Assembly (NCBI GenBank): GCA_947573605.1
Contig: CANPGM010000016.1
Span: 2,205-66,204, forward strand
From: an uncultured Roseburia sp.
GTDB taxonomy: Bacteria > Bacillota > Clostridia > Lachnospirales > Lachnospiraceae
Reading direction: 5' to 3'
Length of the DNA: 64,000 nucleotides
Shown here: positions 48,115 to 58,278 of the stretch, piece by piece
Position numbering within the stretch: the first letter of the stretch is position 1
Layout of the letters: every line of letters starts with the position of its first letter
The notes under the pieces: generated by a model
Told to the model about the DNA's origin: nothing
Databases searched by the model: none
Seen by the model: the letters and a program-made list of their open reading frames with translations, nothing else
Position numbers and translations under genes: made by a program

Positions 48115-49584
48115 TTACAGCAACTTTGAAAACAGCCCTTTGCAGGCCGGATAAATCTTTTTAAACGCCGCATAGCGCGCCTCATATTTTGCTGCCAGCT
48201 CCGGTTCCGGCTCTACCGTATCAACCACTTTCACAATCGCCTTAGCCGCTTCCTCTACCGAAGCATACTCGCCGCAGGCTACGGCTGCAAGCATAGCGCC
48301 GCCCATCGACGGCCCTTCCTCGCTTTCAAGTACGTCTATTTTTATATTCAGTACGTTAGCCACAATCCGTTTCCATAACGGGCTCTTTGCGCCGCCGCCG
48401 CAGATTTTCGATCGTTCGATATGTACGCCCAAAGACTTTGCCACCTCAAACGAATCCCTTAACGCAAATGCCACGCCTTCTAATACGGCCTGTGTCATAT
48501 CGGCGCGCGTCGTATCCATCGTAAGTCCGATAAAGGTTCCCCTTGCGTTCGGATCATTGTGCGGAGAACGCTCTCCCATCAGATACGGCAGGAAATACAC
48601 ATGGTTCTCTCCCAGTTTATCAATCGGCGCCTGCTCCGTGGCATAGTCCTTTGTTCCGATAATTTCATCCATCCACCATTTATTACAGGATGCCGCGCTT
48701 AACATACAACCCATCAGATGATACGTGCCGTCCGCATGGTCAAACGAATGAAGCGCATTGTTTTCGTCTACGCCGAAATTCTTTGACGAAATAAATACGG
48801 TTCCGCTCGTTCCGAGCGAGATATTGCAGGCTCCGTCTCCGACGGTTCCCGTTCCGACTGCAGCAGCCGCATTGTCGCCGCCTCCCGCCGCAACCTTTAC
48901 GGTTTCCGAGATCCCCGGTTCTTTCGCAACTTCCGCTTTTACGCATCCGACTGCTTCATAGCTTTCAAATACCTTCGGGAGCCATTCTTCTTTTATTCCG
49001 CAGATTTCGCACATTTCCTTCGACCAACAGCGGTTCTCTACGTCAAAGAACAGCGTACCCGAAGCATCGGATACATCCGAACAGTGTACGCCAGTCAGTC
49101 TATATGCCAGATAATCCTTCGGAAGCATAATTTTACAAATTCGTGCAAAATTCTCCGGCTCGTTTTCCTTCATCCATAAAACCTTCGGAGCCGTAAAACC
49201 CGTAAAGGAAATATTGGCCGTGTATTCGGAGAGCTTTTTCTTTCCGATTTCTTCATTCAGATAATCGCACTCTTTCGCCGTTCTTCCGTCGTTCCATAAA
49301 ATTGCAGGCCGAATGACCTCGTCCTTCTCATCCAAAGCCACAAGACCGTGCATCTGTCCTCCAAAACTGATACCTGCGACCAGAGCTTTATCGGATCCTT
49401 CCAAAAGCTCCTTTAATCCGTCCATCGTCTGTATGTACCAGTCCGTCGGATTCTGCTCGGACCATCCCGGTTTCGGGAAGCTGATCGGATATTCGCGGTT
49501 TACAATTTTTAAGATCTTTCCGCTCCCTTCCATCAGCAGCAATTTTACAGCGGATGTTCCCAGATCAATTCCAATATAATTCAT
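48115..49584 (-). CDS. xylB: Xylulokinase (FGGY family)
   Basis: IGIDLGTS, GQMHG, WNDGRT, GGGDNAA, SLGTSG, YLMGERSP, GGGAKS. Confidence 0.92.
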   Translation of the reverse strand: MNYIGIDLGTSAVKLLLMEGSGKILKIVNREYPISFPKPGWSEQNPTDWYIQTMDGLKELLEGSDKALVAGISFGGQMHGLVALDEKDEVIRPAILWNDGRTAKECDYLNEEIGKKKLSEYTANISFTGFTAPKVLWMKENEPENFARICKIMLPKDYLAYRLTGVHCSDVSDASGTLFFDVENRCWSKEMCEICGIKEEWLPKVFESYEAVGCVKAEVAKEPGISETVKVAAGGGDNAAAAVGTGTVGDGACNISLGTSGTVFISSKNFGVDENNALHSFDHADGTYHLMGCMLSAASCNKWWMDEIIGTKDYATEQAPIDKLGENHVYFLPYLMGERSPHNDPNARGTFIGLTMDTTRADMTQAVLEGVAFALRDSFEVAKSLGVHIERSKICGGGAKSPLWKRIVANVLNIKIDVLESEEGPSMGGAMLAAVACGEYASVEEAAKAIVKVVDTVEPEPELAAKYEARYAAFKKIYPACKGLFSKLL

Positions 49585-49609
49585 AGTAACCCTCCAATTT
49601 GCCTGTGCT

Positions 49610-49623
49610 TGTGCCCGTGCACA
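49610..49623. promoter_or_regulatory. Probable LacI-family operator
   Basis: TGTGCC-CG-TGCACA near-palindrome with central CG, 26 bp upstream of xylB. Confidence 0.6.
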
Positions 49624-49792
49624 TTCTAATATCATCCTACAACTTGCCCTCCGTTTTTGCAACCAGTTTTTTCGAGGTTTTTGAATTTATACATGCTGTA
49701 CAATTTGCACCATTGTATTTTGTTGACTTTTTCCGCTTATAATGCTACTTTAAATGAATAGAAATCGACATGGGAAAAACGAGGAATTTATC

Positions 49793-50812
49793 ATGGCTAC
49801 CATCAAAGAAATCGCAGAACTTTCCGGCGTTTCCAGAGGAACCGTAGACCGCGTCTTAAACAACCGCGGCTCCGTCAGCAAAGAGACCGCCAAACGCGTC
49901 AGGGAAATTGCAGAAAAACTTAATTATACCCCAAACAAAGCGGGACTTGTTCTGGCCGCCCAGAAAAAAAATCTGAAATTCGGCGTGATTCTTTTTAACG
50001 AAAGCAATCCGTTTTTTTGCGAGGTATTGAATGGCGTTCATGCAAAAGCCAGAGAGCTTTCCTGCTATAACTGCAGAATAATTATCAGACAGGTTTCTTT
50101 CAACGAAACCGCACAATACAAAGCAATGGAAGAATTACTCTCCGAAGGAATTCACGGACTGGTGATCTCCCCTTATAATTCTCCCTATATCGCAGCGGAG
50201 ATTGACCGCTACCACGAATTCGGTATTCCGGTTATTACTGTAAATACGGATATCAATTCCAAACGAATCGCGTATGTCGGAAGCAATTACCTGCTCTCCG
50301 GCGAAACGGCGGCAGGATTGCTTGGGCGGATGACTTTTGGAGATATAAATGTCGGAATCATCTCCGGTTCTTCGCACGTACTTTGTCATACGGAACGGAT
50401 TGCGGGTTTTACACGGGTACTTTCCGAACGCTTTCCGCACATCAAAATTGCGGCTACTACGGAAAACCATGATGACGACAGCAAAAGCTTTGAACAGGTC
50501 TCTGCCATGTTGTCGGAACACCCCGAAATTAACGCTCTGTTTTTTGCCGCAGCCGGCGTCTACGGAGGCTGTAAAGCCGTCGTATCGCTTGGTCTGTCCG
50601 GCAAAGTAAAAATCTTTACTTACGACAACGTCAGCACTACGAAAGATTTAATCAAATCCGGCGTCATATCCGCCACCATCTGTCAGCAGCCCTACAAGCA
50701 AGGCTACTGGCCTCTGGATTTGCTCTCCCGTTATCTTTTGGAAGGTGCCCTGCCGGAAAACGAAATGAATTATGTGGATATCGATATCCGAATCCTGGAA
50801 AACATCCAATAA
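49793..50812 (+). CDS. LacI-family transcriptional regulator
   Basis: ATIKEIAELSGVSRGTVDRVLNNRG HTH plus periplasmic-binding-protein-type effector domain. Confidence 0.93.
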   Translation: MATIKEIAELSGVSRGTVDRVLNNRGSVSKETAKRVREIAEKLNYTPNKAGLVLAAQKKNLKFGVILFNESNPFFCEVLNGVHAKARELSCYNCRIIIRQVSFNETAQYKAMEELLSEGIHGLVISPYNSPYIAAEIDRYHEFGIPVITVNTDINSKRIAYVGSNYLLSGETAAGLLGRMTFGDINVGIISGSSHVLCHTERIAGFTRVLSERFPHIKIAATTENHDDDSKSFEQVSAMLSEHPEINALFFAAAGVYGGCKAVVSLGLSGKVKIFTYDNVSTTKDLIKSGVISATICQQPYKQGYWPLDLLSRYLLEGALPENEMNYVDIDIRILENIQ

Positions 50813-50845
50813 TCGTTGGTCACAGTTTCCTGAATAACCAAAACA

Positions 50846-50873
50846 AGCCCTGCGTACAAACTGACGCAGGGCT
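50846..50873 (+). terminator. Terminator after the LacI gene
   Basis: AGCCCTGCGT-N8-ACGCAGGGCT followed by GTTATTTTT. Confidence 0.7.
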
Positions 50874-50915
50874 GTTATTTTTGCCGTCCGAATAATGCGG
50901 AAAAACCGCTGTTTT

Positions 50916-52589
50916 TTATTTTTCGTAAATAAATTCCTTTGCAAACTGATCAAATCTGCACGGTTTCCCAAAATAATACCCTTGTATGTAGTCCGGATTA
51001 ATCCCGCATATTTTGTTCAGTTCTTCTTTCGTCTCAATTCCTTCTATACAAAGCTTTAAATCAATGCTGTGCGTCATATCTACCATGTATTGAAGCAGAC
51101 GGTATTCGTATTCGCTCCGCAATGCCTTTAAAGTAAAACTGCGGTCAATTTTAATCGTATTCGGATACAACTCGGACAGATAATGGAAGTTTGAATATCC
51201 GGTTCCGAAATCATCCAATGCAAGCGGAATATTATAACGCTTAAGCCCTTCGCAGAAATTGATAAAATTCTCGTTCGCCTCTAAAAATCCGCTTTCCGTC
51301 AGCTCTATCATAATACTGCCCGTGCTGAGATGATTCGTTTCAAGCGCAGATATAATCTCCGTAAGCACATTGCTCTTTAACACCTGTACATACGATACAT
51401 TGACCGAAATACGAAAATCCGGAATCCGCTTTTGAATCTCCCTGCAGGCCTTCATCGCCTGGTGCAGGACCCATTTGCCGACCGGGATAATCAGACCGCT
51501 CTCCTCAAGCAGCGGAATAACCTCTACCGGAGAAACGTCGCCCAGTTCTTCCGTATGGAATCGAAGCAGCGTCTCCGCAGCCGACAGGCGCTCGTTTCTG
51601 ATATCTACAATAGGTTGAAAATAAGTCTCAAAACCTTCGAAATCCGTACTTATGGAATGACGTATCTTCTGCAGCAGCTCTCTTTTCCTCAGAAACGCTT
51701 TATAGTCTGCTTTGCAGTAAACATAATGCTTATTTCTTCCCGTGTCCTTTGCCTTGTTCAGAGAAAATTCGGAAAGCTTCATCAGGTTAAAATAACGCTG
51801 CTCGGTCACATCGTTTAAAATAAGTATGCCTGCGGAAATGGTAAAAAACACTTCATAGCAGTTCGCCTCAATAAATGCACAGATTTTGTCCCTGATTTGG
51901 TCGTACATCTTCTGCGCTTCTTCAAGCGTTCTTCCGGATAAATCGAGAATCATAAATTCATCGGCCACAATTTTAAACAGCTTCTGTTCCGGTAAAAGTC
52001 CGGATTCGATACACTCTGCGGTTTTATGAAGAATCATATCGCCGTAGTCCATTCCTTTGTTCTCGTTAATCTCTTTAAAGTTGTCAATGCCGATACGAAG
52101 CATAAAACCGTCCATCCGCGTATTTCGACGTTCCCGGATTTCATTTTCAAGACTGGATTCTCCAAGAAGTCCGCTGACATTGTCCGCCTTCTGCTTCTTT
52201 CCGATTTCATTGATACATCCGATCAGATATTCCGGCTCTCCGTTATCGTCGTCAATCACACTACCTCTGCAGTTGATCCAAACCGCTTTATTCTTCTTAT
52301 CAAGCCACCGATACTGTAGATTATGGAAACTCGTCTTTTTACTGAAAACCCTGTCCAAATCCTCCTGAAGTACTGCAAAGTCATCGGCATAGACAAACTT
52401 TCGAAGCGTTTCCGTCACATCCGTGAATTCACTTGAGGGTATGCGGAAACGAAGCAGTGCGTTCGGTGAAATGCAATAATGGTCATTTTTGATATCAAAT
52501 ATATAGAGATAATCATCCATACAGGGATTTAAAATATCAATCACTTCTTTAAACTGGCCCATTGAAATTTTGTTGATACTGTCTTCCAT
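50916..52589 (-). CDS. PAS / degenerate GGDEF / EAL c-di-GMP phosphodiesterase
   Basis: GGDEF replaced by VADEF; EAL variant ETLLRF, ELTES, DDFGTGYS, IKIDR, EGIET, QGYYFGKP. Confidence 0.9.
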   Translation of the reverse strand: MEDSINKISMGQFKEVIDILNPCMDDYLYIFDIKNDHYCISPNALLRFRIPSSEFTDVTETLRKFVYADDFAVLQEDLDRVFSKKTSFHNLQYRWLDKKNKAVWINCRGSVIDDDNGEPEYLIGCINEIGKKQKADNVSGLLGESSLENEIRERRNTRMDGFMLRIGIDNFKEINENKGMDYGDMILHKTAECIESGLLPEQKLFKIVADEFMILDLSGRTLEEAQKMYDQIRDKICAFIEANCYEVFFTISAGILILNDVTEQRYFNLMKLSEFSLNKAKDTGRNKHYVYCKADYKAFLRKRELLQKIRHSISTDFEGFETYFQPIVDIRNERLSAAETLLRFHTEELGDVSPVEVIPLLEESGLIIPVGKWVLHQAMKACREIQKRIPDFRISVNVSYVQVLKSNVLTEIISALETNHLSTGSIMIELTESGFLEANENFINFCEGLKRYNIPLALDDFGTGYSNFHYLSELYPNTIKIDRSFTLKALRSEYEYRLLQYMVDMTHSIDLKLCIEGIETKEELNKICGINPDYIQGYYFGKPCRFDQFAKEFIYEK

Positions 52590-52666
52590 AATCACTGACC
52601 TCCTATTTAGGATAGTACCATTTTACCACAACTCTCCAGTTTATGGTACTGTTTTTTATAAATTTT

Positions 52667-54271
52667 TTACAAATATTTGATCAATCCTTTCCAACCTTCT
52701 TTTTCGTAAATTGCCTTATAATAGCTTACCTCATTTTGAATCAGATCATCGATCACCTGCATCCCCAAAAGCTCGACCGGCGCTCTGTCGTCCGTCATCC
52801 GGTAATCCCCCGCCTCATATTCGGAAAGCCAGTCCGATACATGCGTCATAAGCTGTAAAAGCTTTTCATCCTCTACGGTCTCTTTTCCTTCTTCTAACAT
52901 CCGGAGTGCATCCGTCGAGTTGAATGCAAACAATTCGCGGTTTGTGGAACCCTGCACGTCAATCGTATAGACATACGGGAAAACTCCCGCAATCGTATCG
53001 GAAAGATACTGGTTGATATTGCCCTCGCTCTGTCCGCGCATATTCATATTGACAACCATTACGCCGTCCTCTTTCAAATGCTCGCTTACCAGCGTAAAAA
53101 ATTCTAACGAAGACATTTGAAACGGAATCGTAATATCCTGATAAGCGTCTACCATAATGACATCATATTTTTTGTCAATCGCGTTCAGGTAAGCTCTTCC
53201 GTCATATGTAGCAACGGTTACCTCTTCCGGAAGTTCGAAATACTGTTTGGCAAGCGTAGTGATTTTTTCGTCAATCTCCACTCCCTCTATTTTCATGCCG
53301 TCAAAATAACGTCTGCACTGAGCGGCGTAGGTTCCCGTTCCCATTCCGAGAATCAGCGTCTCCGTCTCTTCCTTTTCCGCCGCACCCGCCATAAGAGGCG
53401 CAGCGAGCGCGTAATCATAATACATTCCGGTCAGGCTTTCATCTTTTTTCAAAATAGACTGTACGCCGAACAAGACATTTGTAGATAAAATAATCTTATT
53501 CTCATCCTCTTTTACCTGCAGATAATTATAAACGGATTCTCCCTCGTAAAGCAGATTCTTTTCCCAAAATGCAAAGCTGTCGGATGCTCCAAACACACAG
53601 CAGAACAAAAAGACAGCGCCTCCTGCCACGGCTCTTTTACTCTTTGTCCTCGTGCTGATAAAATAAATCAACGCCAAAAGCAGCAAAATTCCCGCGAATA
53701 TCAAAAATGTCACCGACGTTCCGACCGCCGGAATCGTCACAAATGTAGGCAGAAAAGTTCCTATGATACTGCCGACGGTATTAAATGCGTTTAACGTGCC
53801 GACTGTCTTTCCGCTGTCATCCAGGCTGTCTATCGTATATTTTACCAGAGACGGCGTAACCGTCCCCAAAAGAAAAAGCGGAAACACAAAAATCACCATA
53901 CAGGCCGCAAACGCCGCCCATATCAGAAAGTTTGTATTTACGGAAAAGATAAGTATGGCGGAAATGCCGAGAATAATATATTTTCCGACAACCGGAATAG
54001 CGGCGATCCAGACGGCGGCAATGACAATTCTGCCATACAGCCTGTCGGGATTCGGATTTTTATCCGCGGCCCTTCCGCCGTAAATATTGCCGAGCGCCAT
54101 TGCAATCATAATGGTCCCGATAATAATCGTCCATACAATCTGAGAAGAGCTGAAATACGGGGCTAACAGCCTGCTGGCTCCAAGCTCTACCGCCATTACG
54201 GACATACCTGCAAAAAATTCCGTAAGATACAAATAAAGTTTATTGGACAGAATCGTTTTCTCCTTCACCAA
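52667..54271 (-). CDS. Membrane-fused spermidine-synthase-like SAM-dependent protein
   Basis: 7 TM N-terminus, then ILGMGTGT, VEID, DGRAYL, IMVDAY, TDDRAPVE. Confidence 0.85.
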   Translation of the reverse strand: MVKEKTILSNKLYLYLTEFFAGMSVMAVELGASRLLAPYFSSSQIVWTIIIGTIMIAMALGNIYGGRAADKNPNPDRLYGRIVIAAVWIAAIPVVGKYIILGISAILIFSVNTNFLIWAAFAACMVIFVFPLFLLGTVTPSLVKYTIDSLDDSGKTVGTLNAFNTVGSIIGTFLPTFVTIPAVGTSVTFLIFAGILLLLALIYFISTRTKSKRAVAGGAVFLFCCVFGASDSFAFWEKNLLYEGESVYNYLQVKEDENKIILSTNVLFGVQSILKKDESLTGMYYDYALAAPLMAGAAEKEETETLILGMGTGTYAAQCRRYFDGMKIEGVEIDEKITTLAKQYFELPEEVTVATYDGRAYLNAIDKKYDVIMVDAYQDITIPFQMSSLEFFTLVSEHLKEDGVMVVNMNMRGQSEGNINQYLSDTIAGVFPYVYTIDVQGSTNRELFAFNSTDALRMLEEGKETVEDEKLLQLMTHVSDWLSEYEAGDYRMTDDRAPVELLGMQVIDDLIQNEVSYYKAIYEKEGWKGLIKYL

Positions 54272-54283
54272 ACCTCTCCCTTC

Positions 54284-55159
54284 CTATGCTTTTTGGGCCT
54301 TTTCCAGCCCGGCCAGATATTCCAGTACGCTGTGCGCGGCGACATTTCCTTCTCCTGCCGCCTTCATATACTGATAAGGCCGCCCGGTACAGTCTCCGCA
54401 GGCAAAGCACCCCGGAAGATTTGTCCGCATCTGGCGGTCCGTTACAATGTGCATTCCGTCATCGTTTAAACCCGGCAAAAGTGTCGACGGCGCAAGCGCA
54501 TCTTTCAAAAAGAACATTCCGTCGATCTTAAGTTCCTTTCCGGAATTCAGCGTCAAAGTCTCTACCCGGTCTGCTCCGGAAAGCGCTTTCGGCCTGTCGG
54601 AAAGCACTTCCACATTAGCGGCGGGCCGAAAATCTTCAGAGGTTTGATAAAGCGGCAGATAATAAACTTTTTCCGCCAGCTCCGCCAGGAAATGAAGTTC
54701 CGTTTCCGCCTCGCTGCCGGAACCTGCGACCGCAATGCACTTACCCCTGTAGAAATTTCCGTCGCAGGTGGCGCAATAACTGACGCCGCGGCCCAAAAAC
54801 GCATCCTCACCTTCTATTTTTTTTGAAAATTCGACTCCGGTCGCCAAAATTACCGTTTTCGTTTCAAACACTTCGCTGCCGGCGGAGAGAAAGAAACCGT
54901 TTCCGGAGGACATAATGGAATTTACACGGTTTTCCGTAATTTCGATCTCCATCGCCGATAAATGATCCGACAGCGCATTTGAAAGCTCCATACCCGACAA
55001 TTCCGGCATTCCGACATAGTTTTGAATATGATGCGCCTTTCTGACCTTTGTACTGAACTCCCTGCTCCCAAGAATCAGAAACTGCTTTTTACGAATTTTT
55101 AAATTCACGGCTGCCGAGACACCGGCAACGCCTGCTCCAACGATAATACAATCGTACAT
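54284..55159 (-). CDS. Thioredoxin-reductase-like FAD/NAD(P) oxidoreductase
   Basis: IVGAGVAG, ATG, GRGVSYCATCDG, FACGDCTG. Confidence 0.88.
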   Translation of the reverse strand: MYDCIIVGAGVAGVSAAVNLKIRKKQFLILGSREFSTKVRKAHHIQNYVGMPELSGMELSNALSDHLSAMEIEITENRVNSIMSSGNGFFLSAGSEVFETKTVILATGVEFSKKIEGEDAFLGRGVSYCATCDGNFYRGKCIAVAGSGSEAETELHFLAELAEKVYYLPLYQTSEDFRPAANVEVLSDRPKALSGADRVETLTLNSGKELKIDGMFFLKDALAPSTLLPGLNDDGMHIVTDRQMRTNLPGCFACGDCTGRPYQYMKAAGEGNVAAHSVLEYLAGLEKAQKA

Positions 55160-55229
55160 CAAATATCCTGCCTTTCTTTTTTCATTTACTATTCCTTTTT
55201 TTCGATAATTTAATACATCTGTCTTATAT

Positions 55230-55369
55230 ATAAAAAAGAGTGCTTCGCACTCTCTGCAAGTTCGCAAAGCGAACTTGTGAATACATGCGTCTGACGACGC
55301 AGTTTCCTATATGATAAAAAAGAGTGCTTCGCACTCTCTTATATGTATCCGGCGACGCAGTTTCCTATA
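55230..55369. repeat. REP-like mosaic hairpin repeat cluster
   Basis: ATAAAAAAGAGTGCTTCGCACTCTCT twice (55230, 55314), CAAGTTCGC-AAA-GCGAACTTG (55257), CGACGCAGTTTCCTATA twice (55295, 55353). Confidence 0.8.
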
Positions 55370-55420
55370 AGGTAAAATGCTTCGTCATACATGTTTACCG
55401 GGCAAAATCCGCCCCCTTCG

Positions 55421-56533
55421 TTATAAGATAATGATATTGGCGCAGTTCATGTCATTTGCCAGATCATATACTTTTCCTGATAGAATGCCGACTACCTTTG
55501 GACGCATCGTATAATTTGCATTATTTTCAACTACCTTTGCCTTCTCTCCGTTGCTTAAGCGCACAATACTGTCGACCGGATAGAGAATCACGCTGTCCAT
55601 AAAACTCTTCATTATGGAAATATCAAGCTCTGCTGTCATCGACATAATCATTTCAACGGCGTCGCGTTTGGAAAACGCTTTTTTATAAGGACGCTCCGTC
55701 ACAAGCGCGTCATAAATATCCGCAACGGAAATAATCTTCGCATACAGATTAATCTTCTCCTCCGCCACTCCTAACGGATAGCCCTTTCCGTTTATTTTTT
55801 CATGGTGCTGCAATACTCCCATCAAAATCGGCTTGGACAAGTCCTTTTTTTCCTTTAAAATATCATACCCGAAAAGCGAGTGTTGTTTCATAATATGAAA
55901 CTCTTCATCGGTCAATCGATCAGGCTTATTCAAAACTTCGTTCGGAATCTTCGATTTTCCGATATCATGAAGCAGACCTGCAATACCGATATCGTAAATC
56001 TCTTTTTTACTTAATCCATACTGCTTCGCAATAATCATCGCCATCGTCGCGACATCGACACTGTGTTTAAATGTATACTCGTCGCTGACCTTTAACATAT
56101 CGATATCTATTGCAATGGCGTCGTTGTCCGTGATTGCCTTCATCAACTCGTTTGTAATACTGCTGGTCGCATTTTCAAAATCCGTCGACTCCGTATTCCC
56201 GTAAAGAAACTGCACGCCTTCCACCACGCGCGCCTTTACACTTTCCGTCAGCTTTACCCGTGAACGATCCGAAACCTTTAATTTTTCAATCAGCTTCTGC
56301 GTCTGTTCGGGAATCTCTGTCTCTTCCGGCTCATCCTCTCCGTCGTTGACATAGATGCCGTTGATACCGAGGCGCGGAAGCGCTTCAATCATAAAATCGT
56401 CTAAAACGGTACCGTATGCAATCAGCGTTCTCCCTGTTCTGTCTTTAATCGTCTGGTCGATTTTCATTCCGTTCTGAAGTGATCTTGTACTCACAAATCT
56501 GCTTCTGCTCTTTTTCCCCACTTTTCTTCCCAC
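55421..56533 (-). CDS. HD-GYP c-di-GMP phosphodiesterase
   Basis: FKHSVDV, LLHDIGK, HHEKINGKGYP, ADIYDAL, RPYK. Confidence 0.93.
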   Translation of the reverse strand: MGRKVGKKSRSRFVSTRSLQNGMKIDQTIKDRTGRTLIAYGTVLDDFMIEALPRLGINGIYVNDGEDEPEETEIPEQTQKLIEKLKVSDRSRVKLTESVKARVVEGVQFLYGNTESTDFENATSSITNELMKAITDNDAIAIDIDMLKVSDEYTFKHSVDVATMAMIIAKQYGLSKKEIYDIGIAGLLHDIGKSKIPNEVLNKPDRLTDEEFHIMKQHSLFGYDILKEKKDLSKPILMGVLQHHEKINGKGYPLGVAEEKINLYAKIISVADIYDALVTERPYKKAFSKRDAVEMIMSMTAELDISIMKSFMDSVILYPVDSIVRLSNGEKAKVVENNANYTMRPKVVGILSGKVYDLANDMNCANIIIL

Positions 56534-56534
56534 C

Positions 56535-58175
56535 TTAACATGCCGCTATTTTTTCCTGCTTCATCATCAGCTTTTCATGATACATCATTTTATCCGCACG
56601 CCGCAGCGTATCCCCAATATCATAATCAATCGATTTATCAAACATCTTATATCCGCATGCAATCTGAATCGGAAATTCCTCCGGATGCGTCCTGTTATAT
56701 TCCGACAGACTTACTTTTAACGCCTGTATTCTGTCTTTGCATTCCTCAATCGTACTGCCGTTTATCAATATGCAAAATTCGTCTCCACCCAAACGAAAGC
56801 ACCTTCCGAGATTTTCAAATATGGCCCGGATTTCTTTTGCACTTTGGATAATATATCGGTCCCCCGCCTCATGACCATAAGTATCGTTACATTTTTTCAG
56901 ATTATTTAAATCACACATCACGACAATGCAGTCTTTTACGTTGAAACTATCGTTGCAGGTAAAATCGACATAGGCGGCCCGGTTATACAGCCCGGTAAGC
57001 TGGTCGTTAAATGCCATCTTCTCCAAACGCTTTACCTGCATTCCCGCCGCCATCAGCTTTTTCGTATCCTGTAAAGAAAGCGCGCCGAGTACAACAACAT
57101 ACGCTACGAAACCCATAATCCCCAGAACCGTCATTGTCGTCCCTTTGGAAATATAATAGACCCCAATATCCGCCGCAACGCCTGTCACGCATGCCGCAAT
57201 GCATCCCGTCGTCGCTTTCAGCCTTTTATTCCATCCGTGCTGCTGCAGTTCCTGATGCATCCGGCAAAGTACAACAACGATCAGCGCTCCCATCACCAAA
57301 TGATTCAGCCAGAGCATTTCACGTAAATCCCTGATATGTAAAAACTGAAGCAGAAGAGAAATTCCTGCCACCGCAAGCCCTGCAATACAAAGAATATCCC
57401 AAACCAGGCCGTTCTTTTTCGTAAACAATTCCTTCACAAACAGAACAAACGGCACCACTACAAGCAATAGCGCCAGATAGGGCAGATTGGCAAATAAGAG
57501 AGAGCCGGGAAACAAAAGCGCCACCGCATCCATATCCGCAAACTTCCAGGTTCCGATCATTACGGAAAAAATACCGAGCATTAAAAGGCTCTTGTCGGTT
57601 TCCGTATTTCTGTAATTATAAAGCGAAAACATCACAAAAACCAATCCCAGCACAATCGCGACAACCGACAGGAAAAAGATAAAAATATTTTTCCTGATAA
57701 TATCGTTGTACAGGGTATACTGCGTTCCGAGATAAAAATCAGGTATTACGCCAACCGTATTTTCATAAACCGGCGTCAGCAGGATACGCACAGGCTTTCC
57801 TTCATCCCTGTGAAAAATCGGAATGGAATTCCAGCTTTTTCCGGATGTTTTTCCAAACAAATTCTCAGAATCCGGCTTTAAGCTGTAAACCAGTTCCTCA
57901 TTGATGAATACTTCCACATTCTGATGCTTTGTAAAAAAAATCAGACTGAAGTTTCCGTCCGAAACATCCTGAATCGTAAAACTGATTTCGCTTTTTATGC
58001 GCTGCGGAGCATCCTCATCCTTCAGCCAGGATGTCTCATACTCTTTTAGCTGTTTATATCCTCCGTCCGTTCTTTTCTGATAGATATCTTCTTTAAAATG
58101 GACAGACAGATAGATGACTAATAGAAAAATCCCGGCCAGTAAAACCGTATAAAAAATATGAATGAATTTTTGCAT
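56535..58175 (-). CDS. Membrane-sensor diguanylate cyclase
   Basis: TM, extracellular domain, 7-TM region; DQLTGLYNR, CDLNNLK.CND.YGH, RLGGDEF. Confidence 0.9.
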   Translation of the reverse strand: MQKFIHIFYTVLLAGIFLLVIYLSVHFKEDIYQKRTDGGYKQLKEYETSWLKDEDAPQRIKSEISFTIQDVSDGNFSLIFFTKHQNVEVFINEELVYSLKPDSENLFGKTSGKSWNSIPIFHRDEGKPVRILLTPVYENTVGVIPDFYLGTQYTLYNDIIRKNIFIFFLSVVAIVLGLVFVMFSLYNYRNTETDKSLLMLGIFSVMIGTWKFADMDAVALLFPGSLLFANLPYLALLLVVVPFVLFVKELFTKKNGLVWDILCIAGLAVAGISLLLQFLHIRDLREMLWLNHLVMGALIVVVLCRMHQELQQHGWNKRLKATTGCIAACVTGVAADIGVYYISKGTTMTVLGIMGFVAYVVVLGALSLQDTKKLMAAGMQVKRLEKMAFNDQLTGLYNRAAYVDFTCNDSFNVKDCIVVMCDLNNLKKCNDTYGHEAGDRYIIQSAKEIRAIFENLGRCFRLGGDEFCILINGSTIEECKDRIQALKVSLSEYNRTHPEEFPIQIACGYKMFDKSIDYDIGDTLRRADKMMYHEKLMMKQEKIAAC

Positions 58176-58278
58176 TCATTTGTCTCCTGTTCATTCGTCG
58201 AATCTATACAATATTTTATCATCTTATTTTACAAAAGTCACTTGTTATTTTTTTCACCGTCAATTTCCATCCGTTCTT

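Noticed and set aside
55230-55369. Possible mini-CRISPR array
   Set aside because: Repeats are of different types with irregular spacing (84 and 58 bp), the intervening sequence is itself repeated or palindromic, and no cas genes are present.
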